A DNA stretch of 64,000 bases from Octopus sinensis. Taxonomy: Eukaryota. Where the stretch lies: NCBI RefSeq assembly GCF_006345805.1, contig NC_043000.1, positions 45,942,001-46,006,000 of the forward strand, read 5' to 3'. A program made the translations under genes and the position numbers. The notes beneath the pieces are model-generated. The model did not search any database and had not been told where the DNA came from. It saw only the letters and a list, made by a program, of their open reading frames with translations. Positions 47,801 through 61,683 of the stretch are shown here, piece by piece; position 1 is the stretch's first letter, and every line of letters starts with the position of its first letter.

Positions 47801-48158
47801 TACCCACTGTACTGAAAGATATATGAGTGCATCTTTTCCCTGACTTATGGTCTCTAAGATAACTCACACATGTATATATATATATATTTTCCTGATGAAG
47901 GCCAGTTTACAGGGTTACCCATCCATAAAGGGTGTAACTTTATGGCATATCTTCAGATCCCAAAACCTGTTGGCCTATGACCTCTTTGAAATATATATAT
48001 ATATATAATATTTTGGACTAATGGGTATATGTCAATTAGTGTGTTAAGTAAAGCACATTCACAGTTTGGGCTACCTGGTGTCATCCACAATTGGGATATA
48101 TTTGCTCTGCATCTACATCAGTGTTAGTTGAGATAATAATTGAAGGAAATGAAGATAG

Positions 48159-48192
<34 letters not shown>

Positions 48193-48193
<1 letters not shown>

Positions 48194-48360
48194 TGTGACT
48201 GCGTGTGTATCGTTGACGATTTTTTTCCTCCATCTTCCCTTCCTTCGATCTTTCCTTTTCCTATGTTTCTGACGAAGAGCTCTGCTTGAAACGTTAAATC
48301 CTCCTTCTTTCTTTCCTTTCCTGAGCGTTCAATAACACTATACTTGTTCCACGTCCTCGC
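48193..48360 (+). mobile_element. Family C short HHR-bearing repeat (PLE pLTR-like)
   Basis: Homologous to 61337-61541 and 61681-61868; begins right after (CA)n. Confidence 0.85.
48265..48299 (+). ncRNA. Minimal type I hammerhead motif C1
   Basis: GTTT-CTGACGA-A-GAGC(TCT)GCTT-GAAA-CG-T-T-AAAT; self-complementary ACGT stem III; triplet GUU. Confidence 0.65.
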
Positions 48361-50296
48361 AACTTTATATACATTTATATATGTATGTATATATAACTAC
48401 ATATCCTTTATTTTTTACTTTATAATTTACAAATAGCTACAAGAGACACCTTCAAGAAATTTTTTAATGGAATCAAGCACACACGTACACTTACCAAATG
48501 TTTAAAAATAAACAGGAATATTGTACAGCAAGGGAAACATTTTAAAATGAAAAATATATGTTTCTGTTGACAATGACACTAATACGAATAATTTCAGTAA
48601 CTTTTTGACAACATACTCACTCTTATAAATGCATTGCAAAAAGTCTCATCTCAGCTTTCAGAATCTCACCTGCAGTTTTAAAAAACACAAAACAAAAAAG
48701 AAAAAAGCTAGAGTATTAATGCTTTAGTTATGAAGTAGATTTAGATGTTTTTTGCATTTTTGCTGAAGCTGGAAAACAGTGATAAACAAAGCCATAAATC
48801 TTTCAGAGTTTTAGAAAAATATTTCAGTCTTGCACACAATGAGTACAAACATTAATAATGGCACCTGGCTTTGTGTTGAACATCAAGAACAATATGGTTG
48901 ACAACAACACAATACACATGCACATACTTTATCAAATGAAAGTGAGTGAACACTAACCAAATAATATTATTCAGACAAAAAAGCTTTGGATATGAAACGT
49001 TTTGTGGAAAAAACTAAAGCATAGCAAGATTCCATTCCATTCACATGTACATATGAGAACCTTAACAAACTCTGATACTAGCAAGAGAAACTCTGATACT
49101 GAAAGAGAATCTTCAAATTAAGTAATACATTCTTAAAAATTAATTTTACCTGATTGTGCTTTCTTCATAAAATATAGTCTCTTGGCAACTTTTTAATGCT
49201 AAAATAAACAGGATTGTAGTATTCTTTTGAAGAAACGATTCCATTCATTTGTGGATAATTCTCTTTATTAGTATCCCCCTTGTAAGACTCCAAACTAAAA
49301 ATGACAGATATTTCACGGAAAAGGTTAGGCACAACAAACAGAAAAATCATCAAGTGAATTGAAAAGAAAATGAAATCTGGTAACATAATTGACATTTAAG
49401 GATAAAATTAGTAGGAAAATCTACTCAGTTCCTGTGAACACATCACCAGACAGACTTCAAAAAATTATGAGTGTAGTGATATGCTCAACTCCAAAGTGGG
49501 TATGCACCTCTGACTATTTGGTAACCTAAAGTTGTTTTGGACTACAACAATTGTGTAAGGTGAGTCATCAAAAGTGACTTGGATATTGATATTTGACAAG
49601 TGTCAGAGTAAAATACTGAACAAAAATAACAGGTATTATTTCGTAAATGTTAGTGATTGATTCATGTTGGCTCTTTGTTACAACTTCTTGTCCATGACAA
49701 AAATTGCAGACTACTGCATACACCTGATCACAAAAACATAAATTTCACAACTTATGAAGTAAACATTGCCTCATGAAAGTCACTGTTAGCTCTCACTGTG
49801 CATGCAATCATGTACTGCCATCTGTTGGTGTGTTACAGAAGTAGTTTGAGAGCTCTTTGATACCACCTCATATACTTCTTTTTTGGATTTTATCTAATTT
49901 ACTTATTGTAAGAAATGAATGGAGATGAATATTTCAAGATCTAAAATATGCAAGTGTTCTGACAAAATTTACATAACAGTTTTACTTTTTTAAAAAGTTT
50001 GTAGATAGGTCTTCAGTATATGCTCTTCCAGAAAATACATAATTCTTTGTGATTGTTGCAGACAGTTCTCTACTATATTGTCTGAATGTTTTTGACAATA
50101 TACAATGCTAAACTTTGATATTATTTACAACCGCTCAGAGATTGTCATGCTGTTGTACACAAAAGATGAAAGAAAATTTGCAAAATTTGGCTCTTTTGAT
50201 ACATTATTTCCACCGATCACAAGCATTAGATTTTCACCAATCAAAGAACCACATTGGTACACACATGAGTTTAATTTAGACTTCTATTTTTTAAAG

Positions 50297-50427
50297 TCAA
50301 TGGAGTCTTCTTTTGTGCATCAACATTGTTCTTCCAGTCTTTTCAAACTTAATAAATATTCTAGAATTCTGACTTTTTGAGAGATCATCGTACTGTGACA
50401 AGGCTTTATGCTCAGCTGCACCACACA
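50297..50427 (-). CDS. Candidate terminal exon of an unidentified minus-strand gene
   Basis: Acceptor AATTTTCTTTTCACAG, open frame CGAAEHKALSQYDDLSKSQNSRIFIKFEKTGRTMLMHKRRLH*; no partner exons established. Confidence 0.2.
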
Positions 50428-50750
50428 CTGTGAAAAGAAAATTCACACTTGACTTTCATTCATTTTCCTTCACTTAGACACATTTAAAGACGACAACAAA
50501 CACATTTAATGCAGGCATATGTTCTTATCTCTATCCCTCTCTTTCTCTCATTGAGTTTAATTTACATAACATAAATATAAATATACATACTCATACATAA
50601 ACATTCATATGTTATTACAACCTTTGTTTAACAGGCATTCATACTGGATAATCCTATTCATGTTTTCTACATGCATGCTGGTTGAGTAACAAGAATAAAT
50701 ATTACATTGATAATTAACACATATTCTTGATCTTAAATTTATCTGGCAAT

Positions 50751-50850
50751 AACCATTTATAACCACTCTCTTCTCATTTGAAAATCATTTATAACCACCC
50801 TCTTCTCATTTGAAAACCATTTATAAACACCCTCTTCACCATTGAAAACC
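50751..50850. repeat. Three tandem copies of a 32-bp unit
   Basis: AACCATTTATAACCACYCTCTTCTCATTTGAA repeated three times, the third copy diverged. Confidence 0.9.
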
Positions 50851-53800
50851 AAATACTTTAAATACTAAATTTTTTTTTATGTCTCATAAAACTGGTTAGC
50901 TTTAGTGCAGAAGCACTAATAAGATTGCTCTCTGGAGACAAAGAGCATTCCCAACTGACTTTCCTACTTCTCTGCACAACTATGCCAATGTTCCTTACTG
51001 TTATCTCACCTTGCTGAAGCAAGAGCAATTGACAGTCACAACAATTAATGTTTTAGAAAATAATGTAGAAAAAAATTCTTTGGGTGTGAAGGTGAAAAAA
51101 CAATTTAACATCAAAATGTTTATTGAATGAATGTTCTGCTTTTAAGTGATCTTATACATTTTCAAGAATGATGTTTCTGTTAAATAGATTAAACAAATTA
51201 TGTATAATTCTAAATTAAAGTTCCACACAAATTGTATTTGGAGACAACCAATATCATCCAACTGAGCTATTTTCTAACTGAAGAATATGAGTAATCCTCA
51301 TACAGGTGTTAGTCTATAATCACCTGACTCATAAAAAGTTTCTTTTAAAAGTGTCTACTGCAATACATCAAAGACAAAATTTACATCCATCTTATAAATG
51401 GAGAATTTTAGGTTTTACATCAGTGTCAAGTTGACTGTGAAGAAATAGGAATTGTATTTAGCCATGGCAAATGAAAATTATGAGAAATTTGCTGAAAAGA
51501 CATTTTGGTAAATGTGATATTAAACAGAGAAAAAGAAATAATCCTCCCCTATTCAGAACGCAAATTTATACGTACTTTCTGAGAAAGTATATGCATATAT
51601 GTAGTGCCACAAAATTTAGCACCTTTTTTCACCTAGTCATCTGTAGATCTACTTTTAAATCTAGCTGCATGGAATAATTGGAATATCCATTATCCCTTCC
51701 ATGAAAAGCCAATATTGATTGGTATCAAGTGTAGGCACAAGGCCACACATTTTGGAAGAGGTTCTTATTTTATCGATCCTGGAAGAAATAAAGGCAGTGT
51801 TGATCTTGGCTAGTTCCAAACACAGAAAGTAAGGGATGCAACTAAATGTAGTAAAAGTATTTTATCAGTGACTGTACAATTTATGCCAAATCATCACAAT
51901 TGAAAAATTAATTTCTAATCCAGACATATAGGGTTACAAACATAGGGCAAAGAGTACAGGTAATTATATCAAACAAATACTTTACTGACTCTTACTAGTT
52001 AATCTGGAAAGGCAAATTTAAAGTTAAATTTAAAGTTGAGATGAAAAATCAGGTTAAAAGGGTCACAACAAAATACCACAAGGTATTTTGACCAGCACTC
52101 TACTATTTCCACCAAACCACAAGCCCTGAAAAAGCTAGTATTAATATTATCAATCTACCTGCCAATCAGTTATATTACCTTCATGATCAAGCATGCTAAT
52201 AAGTTTCTACTATCTTACCTCATAAGTAATGGTTTTCATTTTGTACTGCAATGAGCTATAATTGAAATATTTTACACATAGATTGAGTCATTATATCAAA
52301 AGAAATGGTCATGATTATCTTTAATAATATCACTTGTTTCTATGAAGTGTGATCGATATTTCTTACTTTGAGATACAAAGTACTGAATTGGCAGTGACAT
52401 TAGAGTGTTGGATGAAATACCTGGCAGATTTTGTCGTGGATATTTATGTTCAAAGTTTAAATACTGACTACAGATTCAAATTCCAACTTAACTTAGCCAA
52501 GTTAAGTTATCTAGTCATGGGACAAAACTGATCATGAAATTCCAACAAGGCTTGAGAGTACTTGTCTCTGAAGTTGAATAATAACAATCACTGAATACTT
52601 TTGAAATATATGTGCAATTTGAGCATGATTTATTTACTTAAAGTGGTTCATTTTAAATATAAAAGGCATACATTGCTGCTAACCCAAACATGCAGAGAGA
52701 TGCAAGGAGCAACAAAGCTTGTGTCTAAGTTAGTATTTTCCTTATATTCATTACATCAACTATTGTACATCAATAGTTACACCTCCATAGTAATGCTAAT
52801 AATAAACGAACTCTCAAACCATTTAAAAAAATTTCTTAAACTGTAATAAACCACAAATGAATTTTCCAACTAGCATTTATCTTATAACACCTATTCTTAA
52901 TAATTCTTGGCACTTCAAAAACAATACTCTCATGGGAAAAAAATTACAAAATTGAAAACTTGGAAAACCTTGAAGGAAACCTTATGTTTGAGTAACAATA
53001 CTCTAAGCAATTAAATATTTAGTGGTTGTTGCAACTTTCACAATCATGATACTTATGCTTGCCAATAAGTTTTTCACATATTGATAATCAAGGCATTATA
53101 AAGATAGCTATATTAATATAAATAGATGAGTGATTGCTAACTTAGACTAATTATTACTAAATCAGAAATAAGTGATTGAAATTCTCTAGTAACATAACTA
53201 CCACCCTGTGTCTGAATGTTTCTAGCTTTGTATTAGATACAAATGATTTAAATACCTCCTGAATCCTGATAACCACTAAAAAATTAATGCTTGATTCTAT
53301 TTTCACTATCAATATTGTTGCTTTACAGTCCCTGTGTTAGCACTGGTAAAACAGATTTATTATCAAAACCAACCTAACTGAAAAAAATAATTTATTTTTT
53401 CATTGCTTTTCTAGGGTTAAAATATTAAACATGCACTTCCATAATTTAAGAATAAGTGTGTTGTGAAAGAATTTTGGCTGTTATTTATAGCAGTTTAAGT
53501 GAGCCACTATTACTCCCTCATTGACTTTGTTTAGTATCTCACAGTGTTTAGCAGATGTGAGATAAATAGCCACATGAACAATATGTTGGTTCATCTAGAA
53601 TAGTGGTGGAGAACCTGCTCCTTTAATACTGTAAGCAGCATTTTTAACCTCTAACTGTAAAAGTCTACCTTTTGCTTAATAAATCTGTTTCATTTGTTTA
53701 TATATTATTAAATTTATTCCAGTGTATTTAAATTCTTCAAAACTTCATTAAATATCAGCTCACATTTTTAGCTCTTTCTTAGTTCTTAAATATTGCAATA

Positions 53801-54803
53801 AATTTTATCCAATTAGTGTAATTACAATTGCCTTTTAAATTTATAAAATGTCTTTAATGTTGCCTTTTTAGATTATATTTAATTCAATATGGTATTAAAA
53901 TATAAAATGTTTTCCTAGCCTAAACTATAATTTACAGATCACAGTGTACAAAATTAAATCTGTGGTCCAAATTATTTTAAAAAACCCATCAAATTTTCTG
54001 AACTTAATTTGAATACAGCTCACTTGAATTGATGCTCTAATATCATAATTACTTGACCACTCAACCATCTTACTCCTCTCCACTTTGAGTTGTAATGGAG
54101 ATATATACAACATATTCAATCAAATGTATATATCAACCAAATGCTAAGTCTGTATCATATAGTACTCAATAAAAAATATTGGAAAAAAATGAAAAATTAT
54201 CTTTACTCTTGAGCAAACATAGTTTCATATCAAAATTATCTGTAGTCATTTCCTCCGAATTACTGATTGTAATGTCGACCAATAATGGGCTTTTCTCAAA
54301 TAGTAAACAAACATGAAATTTTATGCATCATAAAAATAATCTGTGACCTGGATACACCTATATGATTATACAATCATAAACTGGACAATTTCTCTTGAAT
54401 AGCTGCAAATTTTAAAATTCAATATTCACAAGTGGAACAGTTTATTGGGATTTATCAGAAAGCAGTTCATTGATTATTTCATTGACTTAATAGTTGTTTG
54501 ATGCCAGATATTTCCAGCTATCAATATTTAATTCTTTTGAGGTATGTGTAGTCAATGTTTTCCTATTGTCTATGTGTTGATAGTGATATATATAAAAGTG
54601 AGCGATCTGAAGAAAATCAGATGAATTCATGTGTGTAAATATCATTGAAAGACATAAAATAAATTAAAATAAAGTTGTAATGTTAAAAGTAGTATGTTCA
54701 CAGTTTTCAATGCAAGATCAAGGTTATGATTACACCCTAGAAAACTATAATATAGATTTAATAAAGATGAAATATATACACAAGTTATGCAAAGTAATTG
54801 ACA

Positions 54804-54804
<1 letters not shown>

Positions 54805-54844
<40 letters not shown>

Positions 54845-54858
54845 CAACAATAATAATA

Positions 54859-54893
<35 letters not shown>

Positions 54894-54898
54894 AATGA
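54805..54898. repeat. (AAT)n(AAC)n(GAT)n trinucleotide tract
   Basis: Direct reading. Confidence 0.95.
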
Positions 54899-55334
54899 AC
54901 ATTTAGAATATTTTATTGCAAAATATTCTTTATTGTGATTTAACTCTTAAATTGATAGACAGTCCACTAAAATACTGTGTACGTGTATGTATGCATTTAT
55001 ATGTGTTTGTACATGTTTATATATATGTACATATATACTCACACACAAGCATATCGGTGTGTGTGTGTTTACATGTGATGTGTCTATGTGCTTAATTTAG
55101 GTTTGTATTATATTATTAGTAAAGCTTCCATAGTTTTTCTAATGCTTTTGTCGAGTTCTTCATGAAATTTTAGTTTTGTCAACAAGTATTTTCTGTCCAA
55201 TTTTATTTTGTATTCAGTATTATAATGAGCTGTGATAGCTTCTTATTCCAAATGCTTGGTCAACTGGGGAGAAAACATCAAATTAAGGTGTACAGAAAGG
55301 AACAATTATTTAACTGTTTGGTAATGTATGTATG

Positions 55335-55490
55335 CTGGCAGAAACGTTAGCATACAGGGCAAAATGCTTAGTGGTATTTCGTCTGCTGCTACGTTCTGAG
55401 TTCAAATTCTGCCAAGGTCGACTTTGCCTTTCGAGGTCAATTAAATAAGTACCAGTTATGCACTGGGGTCAATATAATCGACTTAATCTG
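55335..55490 (+). mobile_element. SINE S2 copy (truncated)
   Basis: GCTGGCAGAAACGTTAGCA head through CTGGGGTCAATATAATCGACTTAATC. Confidence 0.85.
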
Positions 55491-58419
55491 TTAAAAAAAT
55501 TTTTTTTAAAGTAAGGTAGTAGTATATTAAACCAAGTCTGGTGATTTATTTTTCCTTATTTTACTGACTCCAGAAGTAGGAAAGGTAATGGCAAAATCAT
55601 ACTTAATGGGTTTCCAAAAAAAAAAATTGTTAAAGACTATCTAAAAACTACAAGGAACTTTGTAAGGAACTTTGTCTGGCACTCTAACAATTCCACCAAT
55701 CCACCATCCTGATGTGTAAGATGCAATAATTGTTGGAGATCTTTCCTGAGTCAATATAGTAAGTTCAGTGTTTTTGCATGTCTTAGAATTAGAAAATGTC
55801 AATAAATATTACAATGTTAAAAATAAGAAATACTTAAAGAATTAAATCTTCAAATAAAATGTCTTCATTTCTTTCTTTAAAAAAAAATAGAAAAAATTAT
55901 TTTTTATTATTGTTGTTAATACTATTATTGCAATTTAGGTGTACTTCTTACACACAAAAATTATATGTTATTTGTTAAATTTTATTGGGAATTGTTTTTT
56001 AGACATTTGTTTCATAATACAGTAAGTAGGATTAATTGCAAGCTTTGACAAACTGAAATATAAGTTAATACAACAAATGAAGGAAAATAATGCATTTTAA
56101 ATATTTTTATCCTAGAAGATTTCCCACCCATCTATTCTCCACCCATCACTCTCCTTTCTCTCTCTCTCTCTCTCTTTCACTTTCTTTCTTTCTCTTTTTC
56201 TCTCTTTCGCTTTGTCCATGACAATAACAGAAGTCTTTCACCCTGTGGATTATTTCAATCCTTAGATGAGATCAGAAAATTGCTTTAAGGCTTGGGAATA
56301 ATTTTATGTTGTTCTTTAATTTTGAATGAAAGGTTGCAGACATGTTTGTGAATGTTTACATCTGCCAAATCACCATCAAAGATTGATTCTGCCACTTTTA
56401 ATTCTCATTCATTTTCCCTCTATATACATCTACATATCTCTCTAATCTATTTAATAAAACTACAATTGTAAATAGATTTTAAACATTACAATTTGAACAT
56501 TTTTCGAAATTATTGTAAGTTTTGAAACATTTTATACCTTTGTGTTGATTTTGAAATTTTAGAAAAAATATATTCAAATCATGAGAAACTTTTAAATCCT
56601 GATTGTTTACAATTTCTAAAGCAGTAAACTTACAAGGAGCTGAAGTCTTATATCATAAATTACTAGCTCAAACAACAAGTGAGAGCAGTTAAATTCATAC
56701 TAACCTAATATGTATTCATTGCAAAAAGACACAATTTTTGAAATACTTAATTTGAAATGATACTTCTAAGAAAATATTCAATTATATCAGAAGTTCTTGT
56801 GTTAACAAATATCAGCTTGCCTCAAAAATATAATTGAAAATTTTTTGCACTTCCACTTAATTAATAATGAGACAAAAGAGAGTTTGCATCTGTGTAGTCT
56901 ATCTTTCTTCGCCATTGAGTTAGCTATGTTCAAAAAGATTAAAACTATCTTAAACACAGCGATTTGTGTAATCCATTTTCAATCCTCACAGCACCTACCA
57001 CAACACTGGTAACTACTTTCACCCTCTATGTGAAGCATTCCATTATATAATTGTAATGTTAATGAATTAATTCATTATATAAAAATCAAATGAAATACTT
57101 CCTTTTGAAAATGCCTTACATTTTTTAATTAGGTGTATCCTGATATTTTGATTTAATGCCTACAATCCTTGATTATCCTGCATTTTGGTTGCTTCATAAA
57201 AATAAACATTTGTTGTAGATTATGCCTTGCTTTTGAAGTATAAATTATAGAACAAAATGTAAAGTAAATTCTTTGTTTTGACAAAGCAATACAAAATTAA
57301 AATCAAAAATAATTATATCCATTGGTTTCAGGATACAAAGAATCATGTTTGTTATATTTATGGCTGTCACTATAACATGTCCTAAATAGCCAATACTACA
57401 CAGCTGTAAATATAGTAAATGTGAATAAATGGGAAGAATACTTGTGCATATGTGTGTGTTTTGGTGTACAGATAGTTCACACCTTGACATAACAAGATTA
57501 GAAATTCAATCAAAATAAATCAGTAACTTAGTGTGATGTTACAACAAATTATAGAGGAAATAGTGTAGTAACACCATTATAGTCATTTGGTATTACCCTA
57601 TTGTGTTAAGGCTTTTTACTTTGTAAATTTATTGTTATTTCATTTCTCTGTCTTCCTTGGCCTTTTTGCCTTTCACATTAATCAACGGTCCTTGCAAATC
57701 AAGGTATTTTCTCATTTTCTTCTGTTTTTATTTCACCACTGAACTGTGTCTGTTGTCTATATATATGATTAAGAAACTTTCTGGTGGTACTGAGTGTATC
57801 TCACTATGTACTAAGTTGTGTTTTAGACAAAAAGGCATGCAGATCCATAATCAACAATATCGGCAGAATAGAATATGGAGATAATTGTTTTAGAAGCTAG
57901 TGTTTCTTTTTTAAATTCAGGACCTCTTCCTCAGACAAGGAACACAAGTGAAACATCATAAAACACTTTTGAAATAATTTCAGCTTTATTCATTCCAGTG
58001 TATTTTACAAGGCACTGCACACACACACACACACATGTATATTTTCGAAACCACAAAGCCTATATGCAACCACCTACAGGCAAATAACAACATGCTGTAT
58101 AATCCCAACCGATCAAACCTGAGTTTATTGAATGAGATACCATTTGAAACATCACCTGATGAGACACGTATGCACTGAAGGATGCACAATAGCCAGTTGT
58201 ATAGTATATCATCCATGAGGGGCAAATGCAAGAGGAATTGAAACAATCGTTGTGATTAACAAAGAATCTCATGAATTCCATTTTCTGTTTCTCTCATTTG
58301 TTACATACACACACACACACACACATATAGGCTAACAGAAATACCTGGCACTGCTCAAGATTAAAATGGCATAATTTGTATGTATATTACAGTTATGTTG
58401 AAACAGGTGATACAGTAAA

Positions 58420-59430
58420 GTGCAGCATTAATAACTAATCATTTGTGGAGTAAATAGTGGGCTAATTCGACTAAGTGACATGTCATGTATCTGTTTGGAA
58501 GATTCCAGGCCCTAACCTGTCATGGAAAATTTGTCGGGGTATGTGATTTTTGAATGCACCGAAAAGCTGTCAGTGGATATAATCTCCTTTGTGATGGTCG
58601 ATGCTGTGTCTAACATGACCTATCATCTGACGTTTTGACACCTCCTTCAGGTTTGTTGTCCTACATTACTCATAAAGCAAATTTGGAAGAACTTTGGTTG
58701 TTCATTTGTGAGTAATAGGGAACCAATGAGGTGACAGATTTGCCCTTGAACTTTGAATGTTGGCATAAATCCATGCTCAAACTATCTCCTTAGATGCACC
58801 AAAAGATGTCATTTAAAATGCAGAGTTGTATTGTCTGATATCGTTCAGAAAATCTTTTGACTGGATGGAAGTGCCTTACAGAAGATTCATAAGAGGTTGA
58901 CCAGGAGCTGATAGTGCTGACAATCTTACCTTACCATCTGAGCATTAGTTTCATTTGGAAATTTTAAAGCTTTGCAGAAATGACAATTTCAGTTTTGTAC
59001 ACCAATTTGGACATAATTATCATTTTCATAAAAAAGTGAAGAATCATATCTAAAAGCAGCTCCAGAAGTTGCAATGAATGAATTTGTACATGAGAGCTAT
59101 TCTGTTGGACTTCTGTCTAATCATTAAAACGTCGTTTTAATGATTCAGCATTTAGAGTTGCAGCATGCTTTTGCTGTATTGAGACTCCATCTGATGTGCT
59201 GCAGCATGATGTGTTTGCTGATCTTGGGAAAGTCTCATCTCCCTTCTGTCTTGAGGCTCTATTTGATGTGCTGCAGTGAGCCTTTGCTGATCTTGAGACT
59301 CCATCTAACAGGCTGCAGCATACCTTTGCTGATCTTGAGAAACTCTCATCTCCCCTTTCTCTTGAGACTCTTGCCTTCAGTTTTCTACAATCCTGCTTGC
59401 TTTATACTTGTTTCCGGAAAGATTACAACT
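58420..59430 (-). pseudogene. Helitron Rep-helicase N-terminal relic
   Basis: Repeats QESQEKREMRVSQDQQRYAAA / REMRLSQDQQTHHAAAHQMESQ, then CSDGKVRLSALSAPGQPLMNLL*GTSIQSKDFLNDIRQYNSAF*MTSFGASKEI and HGFMPTFKVQGQICHLIGSLL..PKFFQICF. Confidence 0.85.
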
Positions 59431-59769
59431 TTTCTTTGGTGTTGTATATTTTCAATATAGTAAATAAAAAATTATGAACATAGAAAACATTATACAATAA
59501 TCTCTATTTTTGTAAGCTGTTGTATGTCTTTATTTTTGTATGCAGTGTAAATTAACCAAATACAAGAAAATTAACCAAATAGAAGCACATGCACCTGCTA
59601 ATTTAATGGTAAATGCCACAATAATTATTATAGACAAATTTCTTGTTTATATATGTATATATATATTATAATAAATTAGAGACAAAACCACTATTATGCA
59701 AATCAAATAAAGAAAGACTTAAGCCAATACATAAAATAATTTATATAAATTAAAATTTAACAAATGAAT

Positions 59770-59821
59770 AACCACTATGATCGTTTCGTGTCAGCACATC
59801 TTAGACATTCTTCAGGTGGTT
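59770..59821 (-). ncRNA. Hammerhead motif E1 (stem III point mutation)
   Basis: Minus strand: AACCAC-CTGAAGA-A-TGTC..GACA-C-GAAA-CGATCA-T-A-GTGGTT. Confidence 0.55.
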
Positions 59822-59873
59822 TCTAAACCTTCTTAGCGAGTTTTAAACTATGAACTCGCTAAGAAGGTTTAGA

Positions 59874-59925
59874 AACCACCTGAAGAATGTCTAAGATGTG
59901 CTGACACGAAACGATCGTAGTGGTT
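59874..59925 (+). ncRNA. Type I hammerhead motif E2
   Basis: AACCAC-CTGAAGA-A-TGTC(11 nt)GACA-C-GAAA-CGATCG-T-A-GTGGTT. Stem I 6 bp, self-complementary stem III ACGATCGT, triplet GUA. Confidence 0.7.
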
Positions 59926-60113
59926 ATTCATTTGTTAAATTTTAATTCATATAAATTATTTTATGTATTGGCTTAAGTCTTTCTTTATTTGATTTGCATA
60001 ATAGTGGTTTTGTCTCTAATTTATTATAATACAATATTTTACTATAAAATTGGATTCAATCTTAAATCTGATTTTTCCTTGTAAATTTGGATTTATTCCC
60101 TAATATTTATTAT

Positions 60114-60157
<44 letters not shown>

Positions 60158-60825
60158 CGCATATATCAAATGTTTCTTCAAGGGTTAATATGTAACTTTA
60201 AATACCTTGCAAACTTGCAGCAGCTGCGATAATTATTAACTGGTAATTGAACGGTAAATGTGTATTTTTATATACTTTGGACCTGCCACTTCACTGTTTT
60301 TTGTCAAGAGTTTCACCTCCAGCTGCTCATTATGTCAGTCAACACACATATACTAATACACCATTCCACTCTCATGACCATAAAGAGACAAAGTTATATT
60401 CATTCATTTATTTCAAATATAATAGAAATAAGATGATCTTAGTGTTATCAAATAAGAATTAAAAGTGAAAGAATAAATGTGAGACAATATTATATCACAT
60501 TACAATATGGATCTTATTTTTTCACTTTTGACACATAATGCTGAACCAGTCTAAAAGATTGCTCCGGGCCCACATTAGGCAAGAAGTCGAGAATTTTTGG
60601 GTTCATAATACCCCATGGAATCTCAGTAATGCATGTGTAAAATTTGAATGAAATTATTTGGGTAATTCTTGAGGTTTAGAGATTCACTCATGCAGATAGA
60701 CAGACACATATTTTCAGTTTTATATATATATATATATACACACGCACATACACACACACAGTTTTTAGAACTTCTCATATATATATTTATATGCATACAT
60801 ACATATATATATTTTTATTTCAAGG

Positions 60826-61023
60826 GCTAAACATAGAGGAGACAAACAAGGACAGACAAATGGATTAAGTTGATTACATCAACCCTAGTGTGTAACTGGT
60901 ACTTATTTAATCGACCCCAAAAGAATGAAAAGTAAAGTTGACCTCAGCGGAATTTGAACTCAAATGTAATGGCAGACGAAATACGCTAAGCAGTTCAACT
61001 GGCATGTTAAAGATTCTGCCAGT
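60826..61023 (-). mobile_element. SINE S2 copy
   Basis: Reverse match including the GGGCTAAACATAGAGG..GACAAACAAGGACAGAC tail. Confidence 0.88.
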
Positions 61024-61336
61024 TTTCCACCCTCCTTGTTCATGTTTGGATTGACTATGTACTGCACGCTCACACAGACCCCAGCCTTCTGACAGATTTT
61101 GGAGTAACCAATTCCTGGAATTCTTTTACCTGCGGATTACTGTTGCCATTCATTCGGATTACGCCACTCTAATCTTGATTGGAAATCATCACAATTTGTC
61201 CGTGACTCTTGCACTTTTTCTCGTCCTCCTTTTACCTTTCTTCTTTCTACTTCCACTTTTCTCTTTTTCTCACCACCAATAACACATACACCGACATTCA
61301 CACCATCTCACCATGCCTGACATCCACTCCTTCAAT

Positions 61337-61541
61337 ATGTGACCATGTGTGTATCGTTGGTGATTTTCTTCCTCCATCTTCCCTTCTTTGGACTTTTTCT
61401 ATATTTCTGATGAAGAGCTCTGCTCGAAACGTGAAATTCTCTTTCTTTTCTTTCCTTTCCTGAGGTGTCCAATAACATTGTACTTATTCCATGTCTTCGC
61501 ATTGTTATTTTTTCTTGCTTGTTCATGTTTAGATTGACTAT
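61337..61541 (+). mobile_element. Family C copy with HHR motif C2 (61403-61437; cleavage-site H17 is G)
   Basis: ATTT-CTGATGA-A-GAGC(TCT)GCTC-GAAA-CG-T-G-AAAT; stem I ATTT/AAAT covaries with GTTT/AAAC in C3. Confidence 0.85.
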
Positions 61542-61560
61542 AAATATATATATCTAAATA

Positions 61561-61596
<36 letters not shown>

Positions 61597-61652
61597 TGTA
61601 TGTATTATGTATGTATGTATGTATGTATGTATGTGTATGTGTGGATGCATAT

Positions 61653-61680
<28 letters not shown>

Positions 61681-61683
<3 letters not shown>

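Larger units (their letters stand above)
59664..60031. mobile_element. Near-perfect fold-back palindrome (family E), 179-bp arms, 10-bp spacer
   Basis: 59664-59842 is the reverse complement of 59853-60031, with two mismatches seen. Confidence 0.97.

Noticed and set aside
47886-47995. CTGATGA-AGGCCA...TGGCCT branched stem as a hammerhead (and CTGAAGA on the minus strand)
   Set aside because: GAAA is 11 nt away from the stem end and no stem I partner exists; the minus-strand reading has GTAA and no stem I. It could be a decayed relic but is not supportable.
48600-54480. Several short minus-strand AG..GT segments as a multi-exon gene
   Set aside because: Most hit stop codons or have incompatible phases; I could not assemble a coherent protein.
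57986-58281. Overlapping 73-86 aa minus-strand ORFs next to the Helitron relic
   Set aside because: No Rep-helicase or other recognisable motifs, and weak splice context.
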